Shown here: in pieces, positions 24,316 through 37,479 of the stretch | Layout of the letters: every line of letters starts with the position of its first letter | How positions within the stretch are numbered: position 1 is the first letter of the stretch | Origin: Gracilinanus agilis | Lineage: Eukaryota | Direction of reading: 5' to 3' | Assembly (NCBI RefSeq): GCF_016433145.1 | Contig: NC_058134.1 | Coordinates: 33,020,757 to 33,084,756 of the forward strand | DNA length: 64,000 nt | Program-made: the position numbers and the translations under genes | The notes under the pieces: generated by a model | What the model was told of the DNA's origin: nothing | What the model saw: only the letters and a program-made list of their open reading frames with translations | The model's database searches: none

Positions 24316-24829
24316 GAATACTCTATCATGTTCTTCTGCCTGTAGCCTATAGCAAGTGGATTTTTTTGGTGTCTTGTGATAGCTTCCTCCCTGATCTCAT
24401 TTCTGACTGATCATATGAAATCAGTTTCTGAAACAGTCCCCACTTCTCCTTGGGACTAATCCAGGTTATATTGTTCTTATTCCCAGAACTTTCTCCTTTT
24501 CCTTTTTTACTCAATCTCATTAATCCTTCCCCAGACTCTACTTGTTACACTCTGCTCCTTGAATGGCCTTAATCCTAGTATAGATTATCCTATTTTTCTT
24601 ATTCTTTCAAGTTTCTCTTGGTGCCATCTTCTATTCCAAACACTCTTCTCCCCCCCCCCATATCATCTTAGACCATTTAGTACTCCAACCTCTCCTTATG
24701 ACTAATTCTTCTAATTACTATAATAGTGAGTACATTTTTTTAGAATTACATATAATATTTCTCCATAAAGGAATATAGATAATTTGATCTTATTGAAGCC
24801 CTTGAAGAAGGCAATTTAAAAATAAAAGT

Positions 24830-26637
24830 TTTTTTTTCTTTCCCATTTCTTTCTTATTTACCTTTTCATGTTTCTCTTGGTTTTTGTGGTTGGATATCAA
24901 ACTTTCCATTTAGTCCTGGTCTTTTCTGTGCAAATATTTGGAAATCCTGTATCTCGTTGAATGCCCGTACTTTCCCCTGGAAGTATACCATCACTTTTGA
25001 TAGGTAGGTGATCCTTGGTTATAGACCCAATTCTCTTGCCTTTCTGAATATCATTTTCCAAGCCTTGCAGTCTTATAGTGTGGAGGCTGCTAGATCCTGT
25101 GTAATCCTGATTGGTGTTCCTTGATATTTGAATTATCTCTTTCTGGCTTCTTGTAATATTTTCTCCTTAACTTGGAAGCTTTTGAATTTGGCGATTACAT
25201 TCCTGGAGGTTGTCTTCTGAGGATTTAGTGTAGAGGGTGTTCTATGGGCTCTTCAATGTCTATTTCACCCTCTTGTTCAAAGACATTGAGGCAGTTTTCT
25301 TGGATAATTTCTTGTGGTATGATATCTAGATTTCTATTTGTCTCTGCTTTTTCAGGAAGACCAATAATTCTCAAGTTGTCTCTTCTAGATCTGTTTTCTT
25401 GATCTATTATTTTCTCATCGAGATATTTCATGTTTCCTTCTATTTTGTCAGTCTTTTGACTTTGCTTTATTAATTCTTGCTGTCTTGTGAGATCATTGGC
25501 TTCTACTTGCCCAATTCTAACCATTAAAGACTGGTTTTTACGTCTATAATCTTTTGGTTTTCCTTTTCAATCTGGTCTATCTGGCTCTTCATGGCTTCCA
25601 GTTGGTCATTTCTGGTATTCAATTTGCTTATCATTTCATTTGATTTCTGAACCTCAATGTTCAATTGTGAAATTCTGCCTTTTAAACAGTTATTTTCTTG
25701 CTAGATCTCTTCCATCTTTCTCATGATCTCAGATTTGAACTCTTCAATAGCTTGTGACCAATTTTCATTTCTTTGGAAAGGTTTGGATGTCTTTAATTGT
25801 TTGCCCTCCTCTCTTTTCTGGGTCTTTTTTTCTGTGCAGAAGTTATCAAGTGTTAGAGTTTTTCTTGGTCTTTTTGGTGGTTATTTCTTGGGCCTTACTT
25901 GGCATCATTATGCTTTCTCAAACAGAAGTCTGAGTAAAGCAGGCAGACTCTCTTTGTATAGAGCTAAGGAGCAGTTTTTACCTGAGGCTACTTTGTGAGT
26001 CTCCTGGCTTCCACTGTCTGCTAGGCCTCTGCTGTCCAAGGACCCTCTCAGCCTCACTCCTGCGCCCAAGGTCTGAGCTCCCCAGCTTCCTGGGGTCTCT
26101 GGTCTAGCTGTCTTCAGGGTCAAGCCCCCATGGTCCTAGTTGGCTGCCCAGATCCTGGGAATTAGCCCACGCTTACTCCTCCACCTGAGGTTTTCCCCTG
26201 AATCTCAGCACACTGAGCTGCTTCCACTGTCTGCTGCCTCTCTCAGCCCCACTCTGGCATGCAAGGTTTGCACTCTTCAGCCTCCTGGGATTTCAAGTCT
26301 TCTTGCTCTCAGGGGCAAGCTCCTAGTGGCTCCAGTTAGCTTCCAAGGAGTTAGATTTTGTGCTCTCACTCTCTCTAACTCTGGTGTACAGCCTCTGACT
26401 CTGGTACTGTGGGTGGGGTGGGGGAGGGTTGATCAACTTGCATTTTGATGGGAGCTATTTCCCAGCCTTATAATGTGCAAGTGCCAAAATCCCACGTACC
26501 TTCAATACTGCGCCCTATTGTGGGGTCCCTTCTTTCATGTGGATTTGTTTTTTTGGCCTTTGGAGGTATGCTATATGAGTTGGTGAGGAGAGTAAAGCAC
26601 CCTATTTCTACTCTGCCACCATCTTAATCCAGAAGCT
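24830..26637 (-). mobile_element. LINE-1 5' portion (5' UTR plus ORF1), 3'-truncated
   Basis: The reverse complement begins cttctggattaagatggtggcagagtag, a decayed L1 start (aagatggcgg). ORF1 peptide ENRSRRDNLRIIGLPE; no ORF2 or tail follows. Confidence 0.85.
25225..25524 (-). pseudogene. L1 ORF1p remnant (end of coiled coil and start of RRM)
   Basis: KIIDQENRSRRDNLRIIGLPE...IIQEN is the conserved ORF1p motif. Confidence 0.85.
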
Positions 26638-27541
26638 TAATCCTGGATCCTGTTTAAGTTCCTAGTTTTAAGGACCTTCCACTCATGATTCCTTGTTACA
26701 ATTTCTCCTTTCTTTTGTCTCTGATCTAAGAACTAGATAGCTATGCTCACATCTGTTCCTTCATTACATTTGTACCGGTTCCCTCAAACTCCAGACTCAG
26801 CTAATTCATTTTTCTTAGGTTGGTACTCAAGGAAAATGAGGATATCCATTTGAGGATGATGATCTACTCTTGTGGTCTTGAGTGAGTGATGTCATCTCCT
26901 CAGGCCTCAATTTCCTAATCTGCAGAATGAAAAGGTTGAATTAGATGGCCTCTGAAGTCATTTAGAAATCAAGTTCTATGCTGCTGAGATGACAGTACAA
27001 TGCTAACAAAAAGAGTTTACCTTTATTTAGCTTTTGGAGGGTTTCAGAATACTTTATGAACATTATCATATTTAAGCCTTACAGCAACCCTGTAAAAGAG
27101 ACCTCTTGTCATCATCTTAATTTTATAGATTAAGAAACTAAAATTGAGAGAGTTTCAGAAATCTGTGGCTTACCTCTGATCAAGGAAGTGTCACAGAAAG
27201 AAATGGAGCCCATGTCTTTCCTACTACCTGTACTAATCTCCAGCCATTAAAGAAAGAATATATAAGTTCAAGGTAATCAGAGTTTAAAGAAAACAGATTT
27301 AAAAGAAAACTCCATTTGCAACCTGGGAGATAATGCAATTTTTTTTTAAATTTCCTAATTAGGTTGGTCATCTAAGTCTAACTTGGCCCACAATTTTAGG
27401 ATTCTCATCACTCAACTGTGTGAATAAAGTCTTCTACACTGAATTATTAATACATTCTGATGTAAAGGAACTCCCCCCCCACAACTAACAAAGTTAATAA
27501 ATAGAAGAGCTAGAATTTGAAATCAGTTCATTGGTTTATTC

Positions 27542-27738
27542 CAGTGATGGCCAACCTTTTTAAAGAGGGGGCCAAAGGAAAGGCAATGCTCATCTGTCTG
27601 TTTCTGAGGCAACTCTTTCCAAGTTTCATTGTATTATATCCTACTCATTGTATCCATCAGATAAGGAATAATGTGTGGCTGGATAGAACATTTCAGGGGG
27701 CCACATCTGGCCCACAGGCTGTAGTTTGCCCATCACTG
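27542..27738. mobile_element. hAT MITE (Charlie class)
   Basis: TIRs cagtgatggccaacct / gtagtttgcccatcactg. 8-bp TSD gtttattc (27534-27541) / gtttagtc (27739-27746). Confidence 0.9.
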
Positions 27739-30700
27739 GTTTAGTCTATAAATCCAGAGCTCATCTGGGCCAATTAGGAACTGTGATTGCAAAAAATATT
27801 TGGTATTCCATTTCCACTGGTTAACTAAGATATCTCTACTTTTTCTGTTGAAGAAAGAAAATGAATAGTGCACAGAATTAAAATTTCCCACCATCACCTC
27901 AAAATATAGCATACTACTCCATCCATCATTATAAGACAAGTTGATTTTCATGGAAAGTGACCAAAAAAAGGACATTTGAATGTGGGTGGGACACATATCT
28001 CCATTCTGACCTCTTAGGCAACACTTTCGTTCAAAAAAGTGACATGCACTAGATTTTTTTAATTATCTAGTCCCAAATTAGCTCAGTCAGGGACATGTAA
28101 GACTGAGGAATCAATCTAGGCTTCAAGTGTACTTGGCATTTACACATTTGAAACTGCTAACAAGGCACAAATTTGGGAGAGAGTAAGCTTTGGTTCTAAT
28201 CTTATTATTATTCTGACTAGATGCCTTGCAAAAATCCCAATTATGTCCCTGTGCCTCAGTTTTTCTAGCTGTGGAATGGAGGACAACTAATTTCTTCCCT
28301 ATTCTGCTTCATAAATCCAATCTTGAGAGTAAATGAAATGTCCCTCTGGATTAAAGGTGCTATATAAATCCAGAGCCTTGTTATTCCATCACTAATGGGT
28401 TTCCAAGGCTTTTTTTTTGCCAAAACAAATCAAAGGTAGTTCTCCAGTTTGGGGTTTCCATTCCAAAAGTTGTGGTTGATCCTGTTGTTTTCATTTGAGA
28501 GGTATAATAAGGAAAGGAGAAGTTGAAGGATGAATATGGGAAATTATATTGATAAATATTTTTTCATGGCAGTCCCAATTAGGGCAGAGTTTAAAAGAGG
28601 GATTTTTTCCATCTTATTATTTGCTAGCTTTACAAACTTATGGTCTAGTTCTCTTTGAATAGATGTCCCCTTAAGAATCTCCATTTAGTCCTTCCTTCTG
28701 GGTTAACCTTTTAGTTGCATTAGTAATAAGAGGTGGCATGAACTGTTGGACAGAATCATCCAGAAGTTAGCAAGATTTGGGTCCAAGTGTCAGCTCTAAT
28801 ACCTCCTGTCTGTGTGACATTCAGTACTTCACTTAACTGCTCAATATAATAGATAACTCTCTAATTCTATAAGTTTTGGAGGGGTTGCTGATCTATATCA
28901 AAGGAAGGACTTTACACATTGGAACTTCCCATCATGGATGAAGTCAAAAGTCTGGATCTAAAATAGGAAAAAAAATGCCACCACCCCAGACCTCCCAACT
29001 GTATATTCACAGCCATAGTAGCCAGGAGGCAACTGGACTTGGCAAGAACTTCCCAAGCATAGCCCCTTGCTCCTTCCAGCACTGTTCTTGAAATTGTAGT
29101 CATCAGAAAGTTGGCTTATGGTTTCTCATTCATACGGCACATTAGTTTCCCTTTTATATACCTTTAGGGTTTCTTCAGAACTCTTGGGGCCCACCAACAA
29201 AATATAGTAAGTATATGAACAATATTTAAATTATGTTCTCTTGTTTATGATTATTCTTAATGGTTTATGTATGATTGCTGATGCTATAGGAAATTGATGA
29301 TGGAATGATGATCAGGGAGTTTTTTTCTTAATTTTTTGCTGCACTTTGTGATAATGATGAGGAGTGAATGAAGGCTTTCACTGTTTAAGTTTTATGATGA
29401 TTTAATCCTTCCTGCTAAATTATAATGGAGTAGAAGTGGGAGGTAGAGTTGGGAGGGCCAATGTTGTAGACACTTTGGATTCCTTCTTGACTTACTCAAA
29501 CTTAGCATGTTTTATCCTAGAACCCCAAATGTCACCTGGTTTCTATTTTATGGCTACTGGGAAGTTACATGTTTATTATTCCTCAGCTGTGACTTTGTAA
29601 AACCCTGGGAAGGACCTAGAGACCTCTTTTCCCTAAGAGCAATCACTAAATGTACATAATTGAAAACAATGATTTAATGTTCATAATTAATTAAACACCT
29701 AATTAGTGCTGGACACACTGAGTTTAAATGGAAAAGGGTTACTTCTATGGAGTGGTGAAAAAAAGTGATGGGTTAGAGTCAGAGAACTGGACTTCCAACC
29801 TTGTTTCTAATAATTACCTCATGTGTCACTTTGGACAAATCACTTAACTTGCATATGCTTAGTTTTCTGATATCCAAAATGAGATAGATGACTTTTCAGA
29901 TCCCTTCCATCTAAAGCTGTGATCTGAGTTCAGATCCTGCCATGACTTTTACTATGTGTATATCCTCCAGCAAGTTAGTTTGGTTCTCTTGACTTGTTTC
30001 ATCATCTGTAAATTGAAAGGTGTGGTTTAGAGAATATTCCATGTCTAAAGCTACATTCCTAAGACTTATGGATGGATCAGAATTCTTCTCTATGTGTCAC
30101 CTACTCAGTATCTTCTAGTTTAGTATTTAACTAGGTTCCATAAGCTGAGAGGACCATCAATGAAGAATGAAAGGGGACCTTAAATTCCACACAGTACAAC
30201 TCCCTTATCTTGGAGATAAGGAAAATCTTGAGGTGAAATGACTTGCCCAGAGTGACATGATTAGTAAGAATTTGAGGTGGACTTTTGACCCAAATCTTAC
30301 TGACTCAGTCCCCTGGCCTTTTTGTTTGTTTGTTTTTTAGTTGTTGTTTGTTGCTTTTAACTCAGATAAAAATCCTCTCAATATATACTTTTGGACAGTT
30401 TTCAACTTTTTGTATGCATTTATTGGATTTGAGGTATTTGCATTTTATTTTGATGGAAATAAGAGGCCATACATACTTTGCTTCCATGAGAAGCTTTCCT
30501 TTGATGCCTAGTTTGGATGTCAGACTAATTTGTTTCCCTGGACAACTTACAAATTAAAGTTGGAAATTATGCATGGAGGATCCTCTCTACTCCATCTGGA
30601 AGGTCTCCTACCAACCTGGGAGGTTTCAAAAAGAGACAGAATTGTTGTTTTGCCAAATTATGTTTTCTTTGCAATTAAAAGGGGAAAAAAAGACATTTTG

Positions 30701-31639
30701 TGAATGGAGGCAGATCTCACAATAACCCTGTTGATTGCAGTAGATTGAACCATGCTTATTGAAACACAAGGAGACTGAAAAAGAAATTCAAAATACTATT
30801 TCAATGGGCCTAGTTATGTATTGCCAAGATAGAAAGGTTCCCCTGATTTTTATTTTTATTTTATTTTTAAATAAGTTTTTTTCAGATTATTTGTTGGTAC
30901 AATTTTCAATACTCATTTTTCTAATATTTTGTTATCCTTTTTCTCTTTCTCCCTTCCCCAAAATGGCAGGTCATAGGATAATATAGTTTCCATGGTTATT
31001 ATAGAATATATACTTCTAAGGAAATCTAATCCTGAATTATAATATTTCTATGTGAAACTGTTTCTTAAGCCTCAGGTTTTGAAGGTTAGCTAGCTTTCAA
31101 ACTAAAATAATTTACTCCAAGGTCTCAAGGTATCTCACTGGTCTAGATCCTTTTTGCCTTTTCTTAGAGGCAGATTGGAGGCTCCTCCTTATTCATCTGT
31201 AAACAAGAACTCTTCTCAAGAAGGGAAGTTGGCAAGCTTTAATTATTGAACTTTGACCCAATATGATCCAGGGAAAGCTGGTGCTGACATCTTCCTTATA
31301 TGAACAAAGACATGCCTCCCTTCTCATGAAATAATGAGGGAGTTGCTGGGGTCTGTAAGTCTATGTCCTTGTTTGAAATATCCACCATTGGGAAATGTGA
31401 GGGGAGTCCTGAGGTTGAGCTGTCAGACCAGTTAGAAAGAGGATGCAAATCCCTTTATCAATAAGAAGTAGAACTCTCTCACTGCCTTTTTGTGGAAGGA
31501 GGATGATAAGGATCCATTCTTTGTTAATGGGAATTGCATGGCCCCATCAATAAATAATGTTTTTCCCAGAAAAATGGCCTCATTATTTATTATTTAAAAT
31601 TGAAATGCTGCATGCCTGTGTTCATCATCTTGTGATAGA

Positions 31640-32310
31640 AAACACATATTGCTTACACTAGAGAAAAAATCATGGAGGAAATTAAATGAAGAATGGAATG
31701 CTTTAATCTGCATTCAGACTTTGTCAATTCCTTCTAGAGCCTTTTTCATCATTAGTCCTTTGGAGTTGTCCTGGATCCTTTCATTGCTGAAAATAGTTAC
31801 ATCATGCACAGTTGATCATTGCACTCTATTGCTATCACTCCGTACAGTGTTCTCCTGCTTCTACTCTCTTCACTTTGATGCCATTCATATGAGTCTTTCC
31901 AGGCTTTATTTTTTTGTCATCTTGTTTGTCATTTCATTTGGCATAATATTCTTCCATCATAATCATATAACACAACATGTTCAACTGTTCCCCAAATGAT
32001 GGACATCTCTTCAGTTTCCAGTTCTTTGATACCACGAAAGAACTGCTATAATTTTTTTTTTTACAAATAGATTCTCTTCCTCTATCTTTAATCTCTTTGA
32101 GATATAGACCTAGCAATGATATTATTGGATCAAACTGTATGCACAGTTTTATGGCCCTTTGGACATAGTTCCAAATTGCTCTTCAGAATGGTTGTATCAG
32201 TTGTTTTAATTTGCATTTTTTAATTAATATTGATTTGATGAATTTTTATATGAGTAAAGATAATTTTAATTTCTTCATCTGAGAATTGCCTATTCCTATC
32301 CTTTGTTTTA
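31640..32310 (-). mobile_element. Older L1 3' region (ORF2 C-terminus and 3' UTR)
   Basis: ORF 31934-32116 LGLYLKEIKDRG...NWKLKRCPSFGEQLNML is homologous to the L1 ORF2 C-terminus (compare 930-1145). Confidence 0.8.
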
Positions 32311-33369
32311 ACTGGAGGTGGAGGGAAATATCAAATTCCCTCTCTTCTCTTAGAACAGCCCGAGCTGTGTAATTCCCTCCCCTTTTCATTTAACATCACA
32401 CCTATTGACTTTCATAACCTCGAAACTCTATTTTTAAAGGTACCGTTATAAGAAGGATGAACTGAAAATCAAGAAATATGGATGTCTTTAACATAGTAAT
32501 TTCAGACAGTCTATCTATAGCTAAGATGACAAAATAGAATTCAACTGTATCTTCACATCTTATTGTTAAATTACAATGACAGAACAATGAAGATGATGTC
32601 ATTTTTTACATGTAGATCGAATCACTATCTTGATATTCTTCCATGTTTGATATCTTATTTATTCGTTCATCAGTGGATAATATAGTCTGTTTTTGTGGTT
32701 GAACCAAAATAATAGGATATAAGCTTGTTGTTTATAGTGCAGGCTTAGTACAATTTCAGTAGCAGAAAAGCCAGTAGAAATGGTATGAATCTCATCTTGT
32801 CTCCACATTTTTTTGATCTCTTCTACTAAGACTCTACATTTTGAATATTTTTTTCATTCCATTTTGCTTGGAGTTTCAATATTTACATTGAACACCTAAT
32901 ATGATTGATATTTAGGGTAAAATCTAATATCATGGTCCTCATTTTTTGTTATTTTAGTCAGCTTATGTTTGTTTTTTTTCGTTTTTTGTTTTTCTATCAA
33001 TCACTTCTAGAAACTACCAACAAACATTTATTATGTGCTTACTATTCACCAAGGACCACAAGAAAACAAAGAAATGGGAATTTTTCTTCAAAGAACTTAT
33101 AGTATAGTATAAGAAAAAAGGTAATTTTAAAAAAGAATTAAATTTTAAAAAGAGAAACTCCTCTCATCTCTTAAGATTATGTGGTATACAACTCAAATAA
33201 AGACTTATTATTCTAATTTAGGAAATATATTTTTATAATTATTGATAGGCATTAGAAATGATAAGGATTATATCTTGATGAACTAACTTCTTCCCAACCC
33301 AGTTATGAAATGAAAGAATAGATAATATTGACAACCAGATATTAAAGTCAAGTAAAAAAAAATTAGTAA

Positions 33370-34270
33370 AGACCAACTATGTGCCAAGCGCTGCCCTACA
33401 TTTCAGAGATTTAAAAACAAAGAGGGAAAAACAGTCTCTGCTGTCAAGTAGCTCACAGTAGAAGTTGAGGAAATAACATGCAAATATATATATGTTTAGA
33501 TAGCAGATCATTTGGAGATGATCCTGAAGCAAAGACAATAATGTTGGGGGGAAACAAGGAAAGGATTTAGTAAATGAGATTTTAGCTGACACTTTTAAGA
33601 AATCTGGGGAGCAGAAATGAGGAGGGAGAAAATTCCAGACATTATGAACAACCAGTAAAAAAATCATTGAACTAGGAGGTGGAATGTCTTGTATGATAAA
33701 TAGCAAGTCACTGAAATGTAGAGTACCTAAAAGGAATGGAGGTGATAAAAGACTTACAAAGCAGAGAGAGAGTGGGCATGTTATGAAAAGCTTTAGAAAA
33801 TAACTGGAGGATTTCATTTGGATTCCAGGAGGAATAAGTAGCTACTGGAATTTGTGATCACTGGACCTGATTAGATTTATACATTTTGAAGATCACTTTG
33901 ATAGCTGAATGAAGGAACAATTGGAGTGGGAAGAGACTTGATGCATTGATACCAAACAGATGGCTATTGCAATAATATAGGCATAAAGTAATGACACCTT
34001 GTAACAGAGTGGTGCCAGTGTCAGAGAATTGGGTATATATGAGAGATGTTATTAAAATAGAATCAACCAAACTTGGCAATAACATGATAGGAGGAGATGA
34101 GAAAATGAGGAATCAATGATGACACTTCTGTTGTGAGCCTCGATGTTTAGGAGGAGGGAAGTATTCTTCAATAGGGGAGTTAGAAAGAATAGAAATTTTT
34201 TTGGGGGGAGGAGCTTGGTTTCATAGTGTTGAGTTTTAATACTTCTACAATATATCCTGTTTAAGAAGTT
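33370..34270 (-). mobile_element. L2 LINE fragment
   Basis: 'ctatgtgccaagcgctg...ctgctgtcaagtagctcacag' and 'gaagatcactttgatagctgaatgaagg' match the L2 3' half in antisense. Confidence 0.75.
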
Positions 34271-35160
34271 GCAAATGTATTTACACTGTTGTCCCTTAGA
34301 AAGTGGGAAAAATCCTAATAATAAAAATTGATAGATTCACAGGGCAGCTAGCCATTCAGTGGCCAAACATTAGCAACCCCTTGGTCATTCTCTAAAAGAT
34401 ATGATATATTCTTGAAAAAGTCAGAGAAAAGAGGAGACAGCACTACAATGTATGACCAGAGGCAGTAGGGAAGAAAATAGAAATGGAAGAAGATCCAGGT
34501 TTTTGAGAAAGAAATATTCTTTGACTGAAGAATTAAGGCATTTCTCTTTCCTCACTATCTATCTTCAGTCCCTTAATGGCTATGACTTCTTGCACCAGAG
34601 TTATTTTCCTAATAAGAAACTCAAAACTTTTCAGGCAGCAAGGTCACAGAGTTTAGGAGAAAACTCCCAAGGGTGACTCCTAAGGAAAGCTCCTTTTAGT
34701 CATGTAGAGATTGAGCCTTGACCATCAGGTGCTGGAGAGAGCTAGACTCAGGGAGCTCAGCTGAAACATTATACCTAGGGGAGTAACATAAGAAAACTGT
34801 AAGAAGGGAAAGGGTGTCGGGGTTTATAGTATCTGATTGGAGAGTTGCCTTGTCCACCTGTGCTCCCTAAATGTCTGGTTGAACCCTCCAGTAGGTGCTA
34901 TTTTTATGCTTTCCTTTACATTAGAGATCTTACTAGAAAGAGATCTAGAAATAAAAAAGAATTTGCACATACACAGAATTAAACTGGAATGAGAAACTTT
35001 CCTAAGAAATAGAGATGGCTCAAATTTTTTTTTCCCAACGGAAGGGCAACATTCATACTTTTGAACCCCCATCCTCTAACAATTATCTAAAAAATAATTC
35101 ACTTCCTCTTTAGTTGTGATCTGAATGGATAAAGTTTCATTCCAGGAAAGTATCAAAATG

Positions 35161-35232
35161 AATATACATACATACATACATATACATATATATATATGTA
35201 TATATATATATGTATATGTATGTATGTATGTA
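35161..35232. repeat. (TACA)n/(TA)n/(TATG)n compound microsatellite
   Basis: Direct reading. Confidence 0.9.
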
Positions 35233-36004
35233 TTTTTTCAAAAAATGAGTTGAACCACATAGTATTTATTGTAATAGGAACTCAATGCTTATTGTCAAAT
35301 TTAGGTTTTGCATTTGACATGTGAATGCTGGTTCAATACCAAAGTGATAAATCTGTCTGAAAAAAATCATTTTTATTCCCTATTGAAAAAAATAAAGAGA
35401 AAAGAAAGGAAAATAAAAGGGTAAAGTAAAAGAAAGAAGAGATTCTATATCCCAGAGGTAAAGAGCTAACAGGAGCCCTTAAAATTAATGCAAGACCTGA
35501 AGACATAGGATAATCATAATCAAGCCAGGAGCCTTTTGATGAAAGCAGTAAACTGGCATGATTATCTCCAAAGATAACATTCTGCGTTCGTTCTCCTTTA
35601 CTGGCTAATTTAACTCACTTGTTTTATTGCTTGCTCTTCCCAGTCTTTGCATTATTAACTGAAACCAACATTTCCTACAAAAGTTCATCCTTAGTGGTTA
35701 TCATTTGCAGATGCATAAAATAAATGCCTGTACATAAAAGATTTTACTGATTACCATTTTCTTGCTTGCTAGAGTGAGAGGGTCCCTACTGCAGTATCTG
35801 TAATGGCAGCATCTAGTCCATGGGCTACAGTTATCACTTTGCAGTTAAAGTACAGCTTCCTGTTTTAAAAATGAGGAAACTAAGCCAGAGAGGTTAACTA
35901 ATAAATAAGCATTTGTTAACCTCCTACTATTTAAGAAGCTTAGAATTATGTACTTGGGATGCAAGTAAAAATAAAACAATTTATATTCAAGTGACTTAAG
36001 GGAA

Positions 36005-36052
36005 TGGAGGAATGAATGAATGAATGAATGAATGAATGAATGAATGAATGAA
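36005..36052. repeat. (GAAT)n tract at an L2 3' terminus
   Basis: Direct reading, followed by the L2-like 'tttgtgccaacactggagatac'. Confidence 0.8.
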
Positions 36053-36925
36053 AAGAAAATTATGGGTTTTTGTGCCAACACTGGAGATACCAAAACAAAT
36101 GCAAAGTTAGAAGATCTTGACTTCATGGAGACAGAGTCCAGAGACACATACCTCGGTTGCTATCTTCATTTGCTTGATTAATGAACTTACCCAAGTTCCA
36201 ATATAGTAAAAAAAAAAAAAATCAGTGGAGATTCGAATCCAGGTCCTTTGACTCCAGGTTCAGCCCTCCTTCTCAACAACCAGCCACTGCAAGATACATT
36301 TCAAGTTTAAGCACTGTTGCTTCTGAGGTGGAATTTTTCTCCCCTTACAACAAACTCTTCTTTACAGAAGAATGTTAATTAGTAACTGATAGATATAAAG
36401 ATTGCCAGGGACAGTCCATTAATTCCATTTACCTTAATAGCACTCAGATCTTAGCTTGCACTACAGCTGTATTCAGCCTGGATTATAAATGTAATTTTTT
36501 GCATCATTAACTTTCCTGATGAATCTCAGACAGCAAAAGCATAATTATAGGGGGAAAGTAGAGTCCTAACAGGACTCCTGCTTAAACGCGTGCCTCTGTA
36601 GGCTTTCGATTTGCATCATTTTAAGTAATGCCAGCTTTGAGAGGAAAACTGTGACTGTCCATTGGTTACTGGTTAACCCATATTATCCTTTCCTTTAAAT
36701 AAGAAATCCCGAGTTCATCAAGGATGCTGTGTGGCGAATACAGTTTGGCAGTGGAGAGGGAAGCAGAGAGGATGGCGTGGGCTCTCATCCTGCTTGCCAA
36801 GCTTACTAATGGTGGGGCACTGGGCAATTTATTTACCCTCTCTGAGATTCAATATCCTCATTTGTAAAATGGAGATAATGTAAGTAAAGCCTACCTCACA
36901 CGGGATTGTGATGAGAATTAAATAT

Positions 36926-36927
<2 letters not shown>

Positions 36928-36963
<36 letters not shown>
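36928..36963. repeat. (TA)n microsatellite inside a MIR
   Basis: Direct reading. Confidence 0.95.
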
Positions 36964-36967
<4 letters not shown>

Positions 36968-37430
36968 ACATTTTACAAAGCTTAAAAATCTACATAAAAG
37001 GGAAAAAGAAGATAAAGCATTGGACCTGGAATCAAGAAGTCCTGAGTTCAAATCTGACTTCAGACACTTTCTAGGAAAAAAAAAATTGGTGTGCAGCAGA
37101 CTTTTGTCATTAGAGATCACTGAATATACGGATTTTATCAAATTATGTCTACTTTATAAATATGAAATCATAAACCCTTAATTCCTATCCATCAAGTATG
37201 AGCCTATTCAGCCTATCCTTTCCCACTCTTTCCCAAACAACCCAGTCTCCATCCCCACACATATTGATTTAAGTAGAAATTTTAGAAGGAATCAATCAGC
37301 AAACATTTGTTAAGTGCATAAAGTCAAATACTCTGCTAGGTACTAGGGATCCAGAGGCAAAGACAAAGCAAACTCTGTCCTCAAAGAGCTTCTATTTATT
37401 TTGGAGAAATGCCAAGCATGAGCATGCAAG

Positions 37431-37432
<2 letters not shown>

Positions 37433-37478
<46 letters not shown>
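37433..37478. repeat. (CA)n microsatellite
   Basis: Direct reading. Confidence 0.95.

Positions 37479-37479
<1 letters not shown>

Noticed and set aside
31168-31354. Plus-strand acceptor/donor pair
   Set aside because: Stops in all three frames and no other support.
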